Assembly: GCA_963737905.1 (NCBI GenBank)
Contig: CAVTUQ010000001.1
Span: 1 to 64,000 of the forward strand
Origin: an uncultured delta proteobacterium
GTDB taxonomy: Bacteria > Desulfobacterota > Binatia > UBA9968
DNA length: 64,000 bases
Reading direction: 5' to 3'
A model generated the notes under the pieces. It saw only the letters and a program-made list of their open reading frames with translations. It made no database searches and had not been told where the DNA came from. The position numbers and the translations under genes are program-made. This document shows, one piece after another, positions 1 through 10,908 of the stretch (position 1 is the first letter of the stretch; each line of letters starts with the position of its first letter).

Positions 1-272
1 TTCAAGCTGTGACGAAGGAAAAGTGCCGAATTATCGTCACAAGCCGAAATTCTGGCTAAGTGCGAACAGAGCAGACCTAAACTTTCATGGCGATCAAAAA
101 GATACGGATGCGTGCACAAAGTCGTACTGACAGACGGAAGGAAAACAGGTTGAGATATTAAACGGTAAATTCCGCGCCAAAAAGTTAGTTGGATGTGAGG
201 GAGGGACTCAGCCGAAACGAAAAAACAACCGGTACTTCCTTTTTGACACCGCCAGCCGGCGGGCGGGATTTC

Positions 273-1337
273 CTACCACCGGTGCGTTTCCCCGGGTTTG
301 AGCATCCAGGCGCGCTCGGTACCGATGCCCCGGCGGCGGACCTCGGCAAGCATGCGCCGGGGCGGCTCGTCCAGCGGGTCTTCCGCCAGATCAAAAGTAC
401 CCCAGTGAATGCCGAGCAGCGTGCGCGCATTGAGATCGATGAAGGCCTGAACGGCTTCCTCCGGGGTGACGTGTACGGCTTTCATAATCTCAGGCGGCAA
501 GTAGGCGCCGATGGGGATGGCCGCCAGGTCGAATGGGCCAAGCCGTTTGCCGGCCTCCGTGAAGCCCGTGAAGTAGCCAGTGTCACCACTGAAGTAGAGC
601 CGCCGTTCTCGACCCAGTATGGCCCACGACGCCCAGAGCCGTGTGTTGCCGTCCCATAGTGTTCGCTGGGAGAAGTGCTGCGCCGGCAAACAAACGAACC
701 TCACACCGCGGTATTCGCGCTCCTGCCACCAGTCCAACTCCTCGACCCGGCTCATCCCGTTGTCGCCGAACCAAGCCTTTAGGCCCAATGGCACGAGGAA
801 GAGCGGATTGTGTGTCTCGGCAAGCTGTTTGACCGTGCCTAAATCCAGGTGATCGTAGTGGTCGTGAGATATTACCACAACGTCAATTCGTGGCAGAGCG
901 TCAAACGCCAGCCCGGGCGGGCTCAGGCGAAGCGGTCCGGCCCAAGAGACCGGGCTCGCCCGCTCCCCCCAATTCGGGTCGGTCAGCAGATTGAGACCAT
1001 CCAGTTGCACGAGAAGAGTTGAGTGACCGACCCAGGTGATACTTGGGTTAACCAGGCCCGCTCGAAGCACGGTGCCTTCATTGGCGACGCGCGGTGCATC
1101 GAAGGTGCGCGGCGCGATGGAACTCGTCCAGAGGCGGCGGACGACAAAGCTCCAACGGGTCCAGCTCGAGGGCCGGCGAAAATCCGAATCGGGGTTGCGA
1201 AACCCGCCTTCGACATGATGCGATGGACGCCCGGGTAGCGGCTCCGTCCCCACGCTGCTACAAGCGACAAGCAGGAACAACAAGACCCGCGGTGCCGTGG
1301 ATCGGAGGCTCGAAAACCGATTCAAGAGGTCTCTCAT
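273..1337 (-). CDS. MBL-fold metallo-hydrolase (NAPE-PLD/RomA-like), probable lipoprotein
   Basis: Motifs WVGHST, LTDP, SHDHYDHLD (HxHxDH), AQHFS, SGDTGY and IHWGTF; hydrophobic N-terminus ending LVAC. Confidence 0.9.
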   Translation of the reverse strand: MRDLLNRFSSLRSTAPRVLLFLLVACSSVGTEPLPGRPSHHVEGGFRNPDSDFRRPSSWTRWSFVVRRLWTSSIAPRTFDAPRVANEGTVLRAGLVNPSITWVGHSTLLVQLDGLNLLTDPNWGERASPVSWAGPLRLSPPGLAFDALPRIDVVVISHDHYDHLDLGTVKQLAETHNPLFLVPLGLKAWFGDNGMSRVEELDWWQEREYRGVRFVCLPAQHFSQRTLWDGNTRLWASWAILGRERRLYFSGDTGYFTGFTEAGKRLGPFDLAAIPIGAYLPPEIMKAVHVTPEEAVQAFIDLNARTLLGIHWGTFDLAEDPLDEPPRRMLAEVRRRGIGTERAWMLKPGETHRW

Positions 1338-1352
1338 CGCTGGGCGTTTTGA

Positions 1353-3002
1353 TTATCCCGGCACGTCGGATGTGTGAGCGTAAACGTAATGCGAAATCGC
1401 CGGCGGCCTCCGGTCGATATGAAAGGCCCGGGCTCGCTCTTCGACGATGCGATCGCTCACCGTCGCACGCTCGCATAGGCGCAAGTGTTCAGCCCAAGAC
1501 TCGACGACGAAAGTTTCGAGATAGCGACTCGGGTCAGCCGGATCGCGATACAAACTCGAACGGAACGCGCCGTCGCGCAGACGTTGCTCCCGTACAGCTT
1601 GCATGGCCAGAGTGAAATCCTGTGCTCGCTCCGGACGGATTCGGTACTCGACCATGACGAGCACCGGGCCCTCCCCAGGATCGGGCGCGATTGCCAAAAC
1701 CGGATCAGGCCAGTGACGCGACGGTGTCAAATCCAATTCTTCACCTTTACTGAGCGGAAAGCGCGCCATAGCCGCCAGACTTATCATCATTCCCACAGCG
1801 GCGCTCAAGAGCGCCACAGTGATTCCTGCGTTCTCCGTTACCACTCCCCACAGGATGCCTCCGGCCGCCATACCGCCCTGAAAGGTTAAGAGATACAGCG
1901 CCAAAGCCCGCGCTCTGACCCACGACGGCACAACATTCTGGGTCGTTATAATAAAGGACGCCATCAGTGTAAACCATGCAACTCCGCCACCGAACAGGAT
2001 GACACACAATAATCCAAAATGGCGCGCTTCGACCAACGCCGCAGTTGCAGCCGCAAATAAGATGGTCCCACTACCAGCGAGCGAATCGGTGGAGATCCGA
2101 CTCCGCAACTTAGGCAGGATAGCCGCTCCTAACACTGCGCCCACGCCCAGGCAACCAAATAGAATTCCGTAATTGATTGAATCTAGACCAAGCTCATGAC
2201 GGGCGAGTACCGGCAACAGGGCCCACAGCGCACTCGCGAACAAAACAAATAGGCCGGTACGAATCAGCACCGCTCGTAGCGCTGGCGCATAGCGGGCGTA
2301 ACGAATTCCGGCGCGGATGGCACTGGACAATGGTTCGGTCGATGCCAGACTAACCTTTGTCGTACGACGCCAGTGATAGAGGACTCCTATCACGCTCAAA
2401 AACGATCCGGCGTTTAGCAGAAACACGGCCGATGGTCCCGCCATGGCGATTACCGCGCCCCCAAGCGCCGGGCCGACGGCGCGCGCCAAATTCAAACCGA
2501 TTCCAGTTAGTCCCACCGCAGCCGATAGCTCAGCACGAGACACCAGCTCCGGCGGGGTCGCTTGCCAGGCGGGCGCGTTCATCGCGGCACCCGCGCCAAG
2601 GGCAAACGTAAAAATGAGCAGGACCCAAGGAGTGGTGATCTCGAGGAGCGTCAGAATACCGAGCACGGCTGCTGAGACCAGCATCCATGCTTGCGTGAAG
2701 AGCAGCATTCTGCGGCGATCCACCACATCAGCCAGCGCCCCTGCGGGTAGGCCAAGCAGCAAAACAGGGAGCGTGGTCGCCGTTTGCATGAGCGCCACCA
2801 TAAATGATGACGATGTTAGTGAGGTCATCAGCCATCCGGCTCCGGCTTCGTGCATCCAGGTACCGATGTTTGAAGCGACCGAAGCAATCCAGAGAGCACG
2901 AAAAAGCGGTTGGCGCAAAGGACTCCAGGCCGACTCACTCGGGACTGCCGGCTGTTGCTTTGTCACTACTCTTGAAAGTGTTTGCTGCAAGGCGATACTC
3001 AA
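1353..3002 (-). CDS. MFS transporter (MFS_3/DUF894 type) with C-terminal soluble domain
   Basis: About 12 hydrophobic segments; FRALWIAS..SNIGTWM and GALADVVDRRR; C-terminal GPVLVMVEYRI...ESWAEHLR domain. Confidence 0.9.
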   Translation of the reverse strand: MSIALQQTLSRVVTKQQPAVPSESAWSPLRQPLFRALWIASVASNIGTWMHEAGAGWLMTSLTSSSFMVALMQTATTLPVLLLGLPAGALADVVDRRRMLLFTQAWMLVSAAVLGILTLLEITTPWVLLIFTFALGAGAAMNAPAWQATPPELVSRAELSAAVGLTGIGLNLARAVGPALGGAVIAMAGPSAVFLLNAGSFLSVIGVLYHWRRTTKVSLASTEPLSSAIRAGIRYARYAPALRAVLIRTGLFVLFASALWALLPVLARHELGLDSINYGILFGCLGVGAVLGAAILPKLRSRISTDSLAGSGTILFAAATAALVEARHFGLLCVILFGGGVAWFTLMASFIITTQNVVPSWVRARALALYLLTFQGGMAAGGILWGVVTENAGITVALLSAAVGMMISLAAMARFPLSKGEELDLTPSRHWPDPVLAIAPDPGEGPVLVMVEYRIRPERAQDFTLAMQAVREQRLRDGAFRSSLYRDPADPSRYLETFVVESWAEHLRLCERATVSDRIVEERARAFHIDRRPPAISHYVYAHTSDVPG

Positions 3003-3030
3003 GGCGGGCAGAAGTTTTCTGGCAAATGGC

Positions 3031-3045
3031 GCAAGTGCCGTGCCA
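3031..3045 (-). promoter_or_regulatory. Sigma-54 (-24/-12) promoter upstream of the MFS and MBL genes
   Basis: Minus strand reads TGGCACGGCACTTGC, an exact TGGCAC-N5-TTGC match about 30 nt upstream of the MFS start. Confidence 0.6.
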
Positions 3046-3264
3046 TATTTACAGAATTTTCCGAAAGGCCGAAAACGGTTGGAATTCGGAAAGGTTAGAA
3101 CCGAACCGTTATGGGAAGAGAAATTTATGACCGGACGCTCCTGACGATTTATCGGCAGGTGACTAAATATGGGCTTAATTTGATAATCGAGGAGCGCCGC
3201 TATCCGTTATCTTTTTCCTATCCTCAATTCATCGTTCCACGAGTCGGTGACGCCCCGAGAATCT

Positions 3265-3672
3265 TCAAGCCAGTTGCAAGATGCTAGCTGGGTCGTGAAT
3301 TGTCGCCACCACAATCTTCCAGGCGTCATTGCTCTTGCGCAATGTGTAGGTCTCGCCCAGCCGCTCGAGCTCTTGTTTATCTGTTTTGTACCGGACTCTG
3401 CTAACGCTGACGAAGGCGATGGTTTCGCTCATCTGGCTCACTTGGAGATCCGTCAACTCGCTCCACCCATACCCGCGCGCCTTGAGACCCGCCATCATAC
3501 GGCCTACGAGCGCTTCTATCTCGGTAGAATTTGTCATAACCGCTACCCCCTGCGGTGAGATAAACACACACGGGGCATCACAGTACGATAGCACGGCTTG
3601 CGGCTTGAGCGTCTGGAACGCTTGAATATAGTCGGTGAATGTCTGGGCAATCGTTTTCTCGTTTCTTACCAT
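3265..3672 (-). CDS. NTF2/SnoaL-like fold protein
   Basis: 135 aa from MVRNEKT, ending in an NTF2-type YTLRKSNDAWKIVVA strand; start trimmed from the overlong ORF call. Confidence 0.65.
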   Translation of the reverse strand: MVRNEKTIAQTFTDYIQAFQTLKPQAVLSYCDAPCVFISPQGVAVMTNSTEIEALVGRMMAGLKARGYGWSELTDLQVSQMSETIAFVSVSRVRYKTDKQELERLGETYTLRKSNDAWKIVVATIHDPASILQLA

Positions 3673-3692
3673 CTCGCTTGCTCGCAATTTTG

Positions 3693-3896
3693 CTATCGAT
3701 CGCACGCTGAAACATCCAGCAGTTGACCGGCTTCGATGCAGCTCAACCCATACTCTTCCATGATAAGCTTGGCCGCATCCCGCAGGCGATTTTCCCGCAG
3801 CGCCTGTCGTACTGCAGGAGAAATGCTCTGTCCCGTAATAAGCATTGGCACAATTGAGAATTTCATAGAAATACGTCCCTTCTTTACAGTCTCCAT
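3693..3896 (-). CDS. Small hypothetical protein
   Basis: 67-aa ORF that fits between co-oriented genes; no family recognised. Confidence 0.4.
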   Translation of the reverse strand: METVKKGRISMKFSIVPMLITGQSISPAVRQALRENRLRDAAKLIMEEYGLSCIEAGQLLDVSACDR

Positions 3897-3917
3897 TTTT
3901 AACGCGCGCGAGTGACC

Positions 3918-4649
3918 TCAGACCACGCCGCCGCCCGCTTGTACATTCTGTCCCGTGACCCACCGCGCGGCATCGCTCGCGAGAAAGGCTGCGACGTCGG
4001 CCACTTCCTTCGCCGTGCCGACGCGATTGAAGGGCGACAGGCTCGCGCCGTATTCGCGGTACTGCTCAGGCAGCATGTCCGTGTCGGTGAAGCCTGGCGA
4101 CAAGACGTTCACGGTCACATTGCGCGGACCCAGCTCACGGGAAAGCGAACGGGCGAATTGCTCCACTGCCGCCTTGCTGCCGAGGTAAAGCGCCGCATTG
4201 GGAAACATCATCTTCGTGCCTCCAGTGGAAGTGGCGATGATTCGACCGCCATCGCGCACGCGACGGGCGGCTTCCTGCAACGTGAAAAAGACACCCCTCG
4301 TATTGATGTCGAAAACATAGTCGTAATCTGCCTCGGTGTTTTCGATAAGCGGTTTTGAAAGATAGACCCCCGCGTTAGCGATAACAATGTCGAGGGGTCC
4401 TATCGCCTTCTCAGCTTCACCGAACAACCGCCGTACCTCCGCGGGTTTCGAAACGTCGGCCTGAATCCCCATGCCCTTGCCGCCCTTCGCCGAGATCGCT
4501 TTGACGACCTCATGCGCCAGTTGTTCGTTGCGCGCGTAGTTGATGACGACGGTCGCTCCGTCGGCAGCAAGTCTTTCGCCGATCGCTCTGCCGATACCGC
4601 GCGAGCCGCCGGTTACCAGTGCGGTTTTTCCTTCAAGTGCAAGAGACAT
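3918..4649 (-). CDS. SDR family oxidoreductase
   Basis: TGGSRGIG, NAG, YLGSK (YxxxK) and PGFTDT; GGAGG RBS. Confidence 0.95.
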   Translation of the reverse strand: MSLALEGKTALVTGGSRGIGRAIGERLAADGATVVINYARNEQLAHEVVKAISAKGGKGMGIQADVSKPAEVRRLFGEAEKAIGPLDIVIANAGVYLSKPLIENTEADYDYVFDINTRGVFFTLQEAARRVRDGGRIIATSTGGTKMMFPNAALYLGSKAAVEQFARSLSRELGPRNVTVNVLSPGFTDTDMLPEQYREYGASLSPFNRVGTAKEVADVAAFLASDAARWVTGQNVQAGGGVV

Positions 4650-5047
4650 GAATCCTCCTTCTTTAGACTTTTCTTTCGCACACCTTTATGAAGACTTGGT
4701 TATGCTTTCTCCTCTAAATGAGTAACAAGGGTAATGCCAAAACCGCCGACGATCGAAAAATATCCCTAAATGCTTTTCCTAGAAGCATTTAGTCAATTTT
4801 TGATCGGATTTCTATACAAAGGTGACTAAGATCACGTGCCGACTTTTCGGCGCGCGCCGAAATGATGGCGTTAACTACTCGCATTTGGCGGTTTCGCGTA
4901 TTGGATATTGGTAATATACTGATGGGAATATCGGAACGAGCCACATTCGAAACTGACGGACGAGTCGTTGATTGAAGGGTAAATTTCACAATGTCATAGT
5001 TTTCGTTGCGGCGACAAAGCTTCCGTTATTTAGTTCGTTGGTCCCAC

Positions 5048-5539
5048 ATGCGTCGCGTCCTGTTCGTCTGCACCGGCAACATTTTTCGCAGTCTTACGGC
5101 AGAGGTCGCGCTGCGTCATGTCTTGGGCGCGCAGTGTGACATCCTGGTGGCTTCAGCCGGCACCGAGGATTTTCCGCACGTGGTGAGTCCCTATGTCAAA
5201 GACTATCTTCTCGCCCGAGGACTCGACGTCAGCCGTCATTGCCGGCGGACTTTGACAGTTACAGATACTCCAGGAACCGAGGCCCGGTGATCGCGATGAG
5301 CACGGAGCATCGCTCGGTCTTGACAGAGCGCTTCAATCGTCGGGACGTACCGTTATTCACAGAGGCATGTGGCATTCCCGGCGAGCCGCATTCCCGATGT
5401 CGACGAAGCCGTCAGGGATCATAAGACCAACCCCATCGCGGTGGGCGCGCATATTCGCATGATCATCGACCGAATCATTGAACTGACGCCGCGACTCGCG
5501 AACCGGGTCCTGCTGCAAAAAGGCACGCTTACATCGTAA
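5048..5539 (+). pseudogene. Low-molecular-weight protein tyrosine phosphatase/ArsC family, frameshifted (possibly sequencing error)
   Basis: VLFVCTGNIFRS P-loop and SAGT; VIAM and PDVDEA segments lie in different frames. Confidence 0.7.
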
Positions 5540-5590
5540 CCAAGCCACCTGACCAACGCTCATTGCGATCATCTTTCATATTTTCTTAAT

Positions 5591-6904
5591 ATGGACGGAA
5601 GTTACGCGGGAGACGGCGCGCGATCATCTTTATTTTTCTACGGCTGGTACATCGTCGGTGTCGGTATCCTCGTCAATATCGCCGGGACATTCGCTTTTTC
5701 CAGCACGTTAAGCATTTTTCTAAAACCGATAACCGAGGAACTCGGTGTTTCACGCGGTGCCTTTTCACTGATTCGCACGTTCGAGATTGGCGTCGCCGCG
5801 CTGATCGTGCCGATCCTCGGTCCGTGGATCGACCGCCACGGCGGGCGCGGTGTCCTCGTTCTCGGGGTCCTCATGGAAGGCACCGGATTGCTGCTTTCAG
5901 GCCTGGTGCAAAGCTTCTGGCAGTTCGTTTTGGTCCGCTGCTCGTTAGTGATCGCGGGCGAAGCCCTGCTGGGCTCCCTGGTAATGAACGTCACCATCGC
6001 TCAATGGTTCGTGCGCAAGCGCGGACGCGCCATGGGCATCGCCAATTTGGGAACGGGCATCGCCAAACTCAGTATTCCTCTATGTGCGGCATACTTGTTT
6101 GTGCTTGTCGGCTGGCGCAGCACGTGGGCTATTTTCGGCATCGTCGCGCCGCTTCTAGTCGTCGTGCCGGCGCTCATCTTCATGCGCAGAAGACCAGAGG
6201 ATATCGGACTTTACCCCGATGGCGAACCGCCTCTCCAAAGCTCCGACAAACTGCCAGCTACTAGCGAGATGCCATCTCCCGAGCAACGACGAACCCTGGC
6301 GGCTGAGAAATCATGGAGCCGCTCCGACGTCATACGACTGCCGACCTTCTGGCTCCTGGTAGTCACCTTCGGCATCGCCAGCATCGGCATTGCGGGTCTC
6401 AACCTGCACATTTTTTCTTATGTCACCGACATCGGCTATTCGCCGCTGATAGCCGCGTCCTTCATGGGCACGATCGCGCTCACACAACTCGGCTCAACGC
6501 TCGTCTGGGGCGTGCTCGCCGACCGATTCGATATCAGGAAGGTGTCTTGTGTCCAGTTTATGATCCAGGGAGTGGGGCTGGTGGTCGCTATAACGAGCGC
6601 CGACATCTTTCTCGTTTATGCGGGCTTTTTTCTGTATGGCACCGGTCTGGCCGGGAGCTTCGTGCTTCGCGAGGTGATCTGGGCCAATTTCTTCGGCCGC
6701 GTCTCTCTGGGAACGGTGCGCGGACTGTCGCTTTTCTTTTCCAATCTATTCGCCGCCAGCGGCGCGCCGTTTTTCGGTTTTCTTCACGATCGCATGGGCA
6801 GCTACAACCTGTCGTTTACGATCTTTTCTTGCGCCCTATTCACGTCTTCGCTCTTGATCCTGTTAGCAAAACCGCCGCGCAAAATGATCAGGCCCGAGCT
6901 GTAA
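5591..6904 (+). CDS. MFS transporter (OFA/monocarboxylate-like)
   Basis: 12-TM pattern; GPWIDRHGGR, WFVRKRGRAMG and GVLADRF. Confidence 0.9.
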   Translation: MDGSYAGDGARSSLFFYGWYIVGVGILVNIAGTFAFSSTLSIFLKPITEELGVSRGAFSLIRTFEIGVAALIVPILGPWIDRHGGRGVLVLGVLMEGTGLLLSGLVQSFWQFVLVRCSLVIAGEALLGSLVMNVTIAQWFVRKRGRAMGIANLGTGIAKLSIPLCAAYLFVLVGWRSTWAIFGIVAPLLVVVPALIFMRRRPEDIGLYPDGEPPLQSSDKLPATSEMPSPEQRRTLAAEKSWSRSDVIRLPTFWLLVVTFGIASIGIAGLNLHIFSYVTDIGYSPLIAASFMGTIALTQLGSTLVWGVLADRFDIRKVSCVQFMIQGVGLVVAITSADIFLVYAGFFLYGTGLAGSFVLREVIWANFFGRVSLGTVRGLSLFFSNLFAASGAPFFGFLHDRMGSYNLSFTIFSCALFTSSLLILLAKPPRKMIRPEL

Positions 6905-7089
6905 CTACTTATCACGCCATCAGACAGTCGTCTCTTTGTCTTCGGATTCCGAAATGGTTTCGTACTCGGCATACAGCCGCTGTTAAGGCAAGCATTCGCG
7001 TCGTCACGATTGTCCAAACAATCTTTCCATAAATCGCCGAACGCATTATCCGATGGGTTAAAGATCCAAGCGCGGGTTTGCGGCTTTAA

Positions 7090-7117
7090 ATTGAACATTG
7101 AACACGGAACTTTGAAC
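7090..7117. repeat. Short degenerate heptamer tandem (TTGAACA-like)
   Basis: ttgaaca ttgaaca cggaact ttgaaca between convergent genes. Confidence 0.5.
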
Positions 7118-7141
7118 ATTTTACTCCTGCTACCAACAGGC

Positions 7142-7930
7142 TCAGCTTTTCAGCCGATACCCCGTCCTAAAAATCCATCCTACCACCACCAGGCAGATCA
7201 CAAAAAACCCCAGGGTCATCGCCAGGCTCACCCCCACGCTCACGTCCGAGGTCTCGTAGAAGCTCCAGCGAAAACCGCTGATCAGATAGACCACAGGATT
7301 GAACAAGGTGACCGTCCGCCAGGTCGGCGGCAACATGTCGATGGAATAGAATGCGCCGCCCAGAAAGGTCAGCGGCGCTATGACCAGCATCGGGATGAAC
7401 TGCAGCTGCTCGAACCCTTTCGCCCAGAGACCGATGATGAAGCCGAACAGACTGAAGGTCGTCGCCGTCAGTAACAGGAAGGCGATCATCCACAGCGGGT
7501 GCAGGATCTTGATCGGCACGAACAGGGAGGCCGTGGCCAGGATGACCAGGCCCAGAACGATGGATTTGGTGGCCGCGGCCCCAACGTAAGCGATAACGAT
7601 TTCCAGATAGGAGATCGGCGCGGACAAAAGCTCGTAGATCGTGCCGGTAAACTTCGGGAAATAGATGCCGAACGAAGCGTTGGAGATGCTCTCGGTGAAG
7701 AGCGACAGCATGATCAATCCCGGCACGATGAAGGCGCCATAGGCGACACCGTTCACCTCGGTCATGCGCGACCCGATGGCGGCGCCGAAGACCACGAAAT
7801 AGAGCGACGTGCTGATCACGGGCGCCACCAAGCTCTGCCACACCGTACGCACCGCCCGCGCCAGCTCGAACTTGTAGATAGCCCAGACGCCGTGGCGGTT
7901 AAATGCCGATGGGTTCGTTGCCGTGCTCAT
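7142..7930 (-). CDS. ABC-2 type transporter permease (YadH-like)
   Basis: Six TM segments; [19 protein letters not shown] and [11 protein letters not shown]; overlaps the ATPase stop. Confidence 0.92.
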   Translation of the reverse strand: MSTATNPSAFNRHGVWAIYKFELARAVRTVWQSLVAPVISTSLYFVVFGAAIGSRMTEVNGVAYGAFIVPGLIMLSLFTESISNASFGIYFPKFTGTIYELLSAPISYLEIVIAYVGAAATKSIVLGLVILATASLFVPIKILHPLWMIAFLLLTATTFSLFGFIIGLWAKGFEQLQFIPMLVIAPLTFLGGAFYSIDMLPPTWRTVTLFNPVVYLISGFRWSFYETSDVSVGVSLAMTLGFFVICLVVVGWIFRTGYRLKS

Positions 7931-8853
7931 TTTCGGTCGCTCACCAGACTGACGAAGATGTCCTCGAGAGAGCTCTGGCGAGTATTCAAATCCTTGAATC
8001 CGATGCCGAGATCGCTCAACCGCTTGAGCAAGGTCGGGATGCCCTTGCGCTCCTCGTGGCCGTCGAAGGTGTATTCCAGCTCGCAGCCGCCGGCCTTCAA
8101 CACCAGGCGCCAGTCGCTCAGCTCCAGAGGGATGGAGGCCAGAGGCTCGAGAAGATTAAGCGTCAACTGTTTCTTGCCGAGCTTTTTCATCAGCTCGGTT
8201 TTCTCCTCGACCACGATCAGTTCGCCCTTGTTGATCACGCCGATCCGGTCCGCCATCTCCTCGGCCTCGTCGATGTAGTGGGTGGTCAGGATGATCGTCA
8301 CGCCGCCTTCGCGCAGGCGCCGCACCAGCGCCCACATGTCGCGGCGCAATTCAACGTCGACGCCTGCCGTCGGCTCATCGAGAAAGAGAATCTCCGGCTC
8401 ATGCGCCAGCGCCTTGGCAATCAGCACGCGCCGCTTCATGCCGCCCGATAGCGTCATGATTCTGTCTTTGCGCTTCTCCCACAAAGACAGGTCGCGCAGC
8501 ACTTTCTCGATGTAAGCCGGGTTCGGCGCGCGCCCGAACAGACCCCGGCTAAAACTTACCGTCGCCCACACCGACTCGAACGCGTCGGTGGTTAGCTCCT
8601 GGGGCACCAGACCGATCTTCGAACGCGCCACGCGGTAATCGCGCACGATGTCGTGGCCGTCGACGACCACGGCCCCCTCGCTCGGGGTGACGATGCCGCA
8701 GACGATGCTGATCAAGGTCGTCTTACCGGCGCCGTTGGGACCCAACAGGGCGAAGATTTCACCCTTGCGAATCTCGAGATCGATTCTCTTCAGCGCCTGG
8801 TAGCCCGAAGCGTAGGTCTTGTGCAGGTTCGAGATGGAAATGATGGGCGCCAT
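7927..8853 (-). CDS. ABC transporter ATP-binding protein (YadG-like)
   Basis: Walker [10 protein letters not shown], signature LSGGMKRR, Walker B LFLDEPT, H-loop TTHY. Confidence 0.95.
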   Translation of the reverse strand: MAPIISISNLHKTYASGYQALKRIDLEIRKGEIFALLGPNGAGKTTLISIVCGIVTPSEGAVVVDGHDIVRDYRVARSKIGLVPQELTTDAFESVWATVSFSRGLFGRAPNPAYIEKVLRDLSLWEKRKDRIMTLSGGMKRRVLIAKALAHEPEILFLDEPTAGVDVELRRDMWALVRRLREGGVTIILTTHYIDEAEEMADRIGVINKGELIVVEEKTELMKKLGKKQLTLNLLEPLASIPLELSDWRLVLKAGGCELEYTFDGHEERKGIPTLLKRLSDLGIGFKDLNTRQSSLEDIFVSLVSDRK

Positions 8854-8954
8854 CGGATAACTCTAGCGGCACCGCATGCAGCCTCGCGCGTCTGCGCACC
8901 GAGCACACTGTTGCCGTCGAGCGACACAAAAAGCCAACGAACGAGGACCTATGA

Positions 8955-9533
8955 TCATCCGCCCATCTTCGGTGCCGCCGGGCGCGCCAAAAGACGATCC
9001 ACATAGGCCTCCAGCTTCGGCCGGTCCGGCGGGCCGCCCCACAGCCGCTTCCAAATGAACATGGAGCCGATCATCACATCGGCGGCGGTGAACCAGTCAC
9101 CGAACAGATAGGGTCCATTGCCCAGCTCGCCTTCGACCACGTCTTTGGCTGCCTCGAAATCCGTCCATCCACGCTGAGCCAGATGCGTCACACCCAATAG
9201 CGCGTCGCCCATGGCGGGTTCGAGTTGGGAGGTCGAGTAAACCATCAACGAGAGATAGCGGCCGCGTTCCGGCGCGCCGATCTTGGGAGCGAGATTGGCC
9301 GCCGTAAACTTGTCGGCGAGATAGAGACAAATCGCCGCGCCCTCGAAGATCTTAGCGTCGCCGTCCACAAGGGCGGGGAGTTTGCCGGCCGGATTGATCT
9401 TGAGAAATTCCGGCGTCTTGTGCTCGCGCTTTGTAAAGTCGATGGAAACGATCTCATAGTCCGCGCCACACTCGTCGAGCATCCATTTCGCGATCGCCGC
9501 GCGACTTTTCGGATTGTAGTAGAGCTTCATCAC
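8955..9533 (-). CDS. Glutathione S-transferase family protein
   Basis: INPAGKLPAL, IFEGAAICLYLA and YLFGDWFTAADV. Confidence 0.92.
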   Translation of the reverse strand: MMKLYYNPKSRAAIAKWMLDECGADYEIVSIDFTKREHKTPEFLKINPAGKLPALVDGDAKIFEGAAICLYLADKFTAANLAPKIGAPERGRYLSLMVYSTSQLEPAMGDALLGVTHLAQRGWTDFEAAKDVVEGELGNGPYLFGDWFTAADVMIGSMFIWKRLWGGPPDRPKLEAYVDRLLARPAAPKMGG

Positions 9534-9613
9534 AGTACCTCGAATATAGGAATGGGGAATACTAAAGTCTAACGAATCAATGGCAACCGCATCTTCGACG
9601 ATCTCCGGTTCCG

Positions 9614-9650
9614 ACGGCTTGAACGATTTGAACGTCTGGAACGATTGGAA
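9614..9650. repeat. 9-nt periodic repeat (nnnTTGAAC / nnnTGGAAC)
   Basis: acggcttgaacgatttgaacgtctggaacgattggaac; same family as 12473-12598. Confidence 0.55.
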
Positions 9651-9656
9651 CTTGAG

Positions 9657-10739
9657 TTACTGTATCCCATAAAACCGCGCCGGGTTGTCGTACAAGATTT
9701 TGCGCGCCAGCTCCGGCCTGACTTTGCCGTTCTTTTCGAGCGTGCGCAGCGCATCGATCTCGACGGACATGTCGACATGGCCGTAGTCCGTGCCGGTCAT
9801 TAGCACATTTTCGGTGGAATACTGGGCGATGTATTCGATATCGTCGGTGCTGCTGTAGCAGGAAACATAAAGACGGTAGGTCTCGAAAAAATTGTCCGGC
9901 AGCTTGCGCCCTTCGGCACGTCGCTTGATGTCTTTGAAGACCCAGGGAATCCACTGAGCCGACGCTTCGATGAAGCCGAAGCGCAGCCCGGGGAATATTT
10001 CGGGCAGCTTGCTGGTAATCACCGCGTGGCAAGCGCCGGCCGTGTTTGCCGACATACTCCAGAACCCCGCGCCGTAACCGACGCGCTGGCGCATCACGTC
10101 GATAATATCGGGGTTGGCGTTGCCGATATGCATGCCCACCGGTAGATCGAGCTTGGTCATCGCTTCGTAAAGTGGATAGAAATATGGATCTTGGATCAGG
10201 CGATCGCCTTCGAACGGACGCATCAACACTGCCACCGCGCCGTTCTCTTTGCACCAAGGCAGCATGTCGACGGCGTCTTGCAGGCTCAATAGCGGCAGCA
10301 CGCAGACCCAGCGCAACCGGCCCTTGCCCTGTTTCCAGACATCGGCCATCCACCGGTTGTAGGCTTTGCAGATCGGCACTTCGAACTCGGGCTTGTCGGT
10401 GACCTGCTGGATAAATATCGTCGGATACATCACCTGAATATCGATGCCCATCTCGTCCATGTGGCGAATGCGCGCCGGGACGTTTTCGAGATGCTGGGCT
10501 TCCGGCGGCACGACCATGTCGCGGCCGCTGGCCTGGGCGAGCGCGTGAAAGTCTTTGGGCTTGATCACGTGACGCACGTGGCCGCGGATCTTGCCGTCGA
10601 CCAGCCAAAACTGCCGATCCGCCTCGGGGCCTGGATTTAAAAGCACAGGCATGAACTTGCGCTCCGAGGGATCGCAATACTCCCAAGTCTGAGGGCCTTC
10701 CATCACGTGGGCATCGGCGTCAATTGTTGGCATCGCCAT
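9657..10739 (-). CDS. Amidohydrolase_2 family protein (decarboxylase/hydratase-like)
   Basis: IDADAHV, MDEMGIDIQVMYPT, GMHIG, FIEA and GTDYGH. Confidence 0.9.
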   Translation of the reverse strand: MAMPTIDADAHVMEGPQTWEYCDPSERKFMPVLLNPGPEADRQFWLVDGKIRGHVRHVIKPKDFHALAQASGRDMVVPPEAQHLENVPARIRHMDEMGIDIQVMYPTIFIQQVTDKPEFEVPICKAYNRWMADVWKQGKGRLRWVCVLPLLSLQDAVDMLPWCKENGAVAVLMRPFEGDRLIQDPYFYPLYEAMTKLDLPVGMHIGNANPDIIDVMRQRVGYGAGFWSMSANTAGACHAVITSKLPEIFPGLRFGFIEASAQWIPWVFKDIKRRAEGRKLPDNFFETYRLYVSCYSSTDDIEYIAQYSTENVLMTGTDYGHVDMSVEIDALRTLEKNGKVRPELARKILYDNPARFYGIQ

Positions 10740-10806
10740 ACCTCCTGCAAGATCAAAAGAGAAATTTGTTGCCTCTAATTTTGCCCCAACAGGTTGCTGG
10801 AAAACC

Positions 10807-10908
10807 GTTCACCCTTCGAGAGCCTCAGGGCGAACGGGTGAGAAACCCTTAAACGATTGAGCGGTTTCCGTTCTACTGAGCTTGCCGAAGTATGAGCCTG
10901 TCGAAGCA
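10807..10908. repeat. REP-like palindromic intergenic element
   Basis: GTTCACCCTTCGAGAGCCTCAGGGCGAAC hairpin plus partial inverse copies (TGAGCTTGCCGAAG, TGAGCCTGTCGAAG). Confidence 0.5.

Noticed and set aside
1-190. Partial gene at the window start
   Set aside because: Only short open frames with no recognisable motif.
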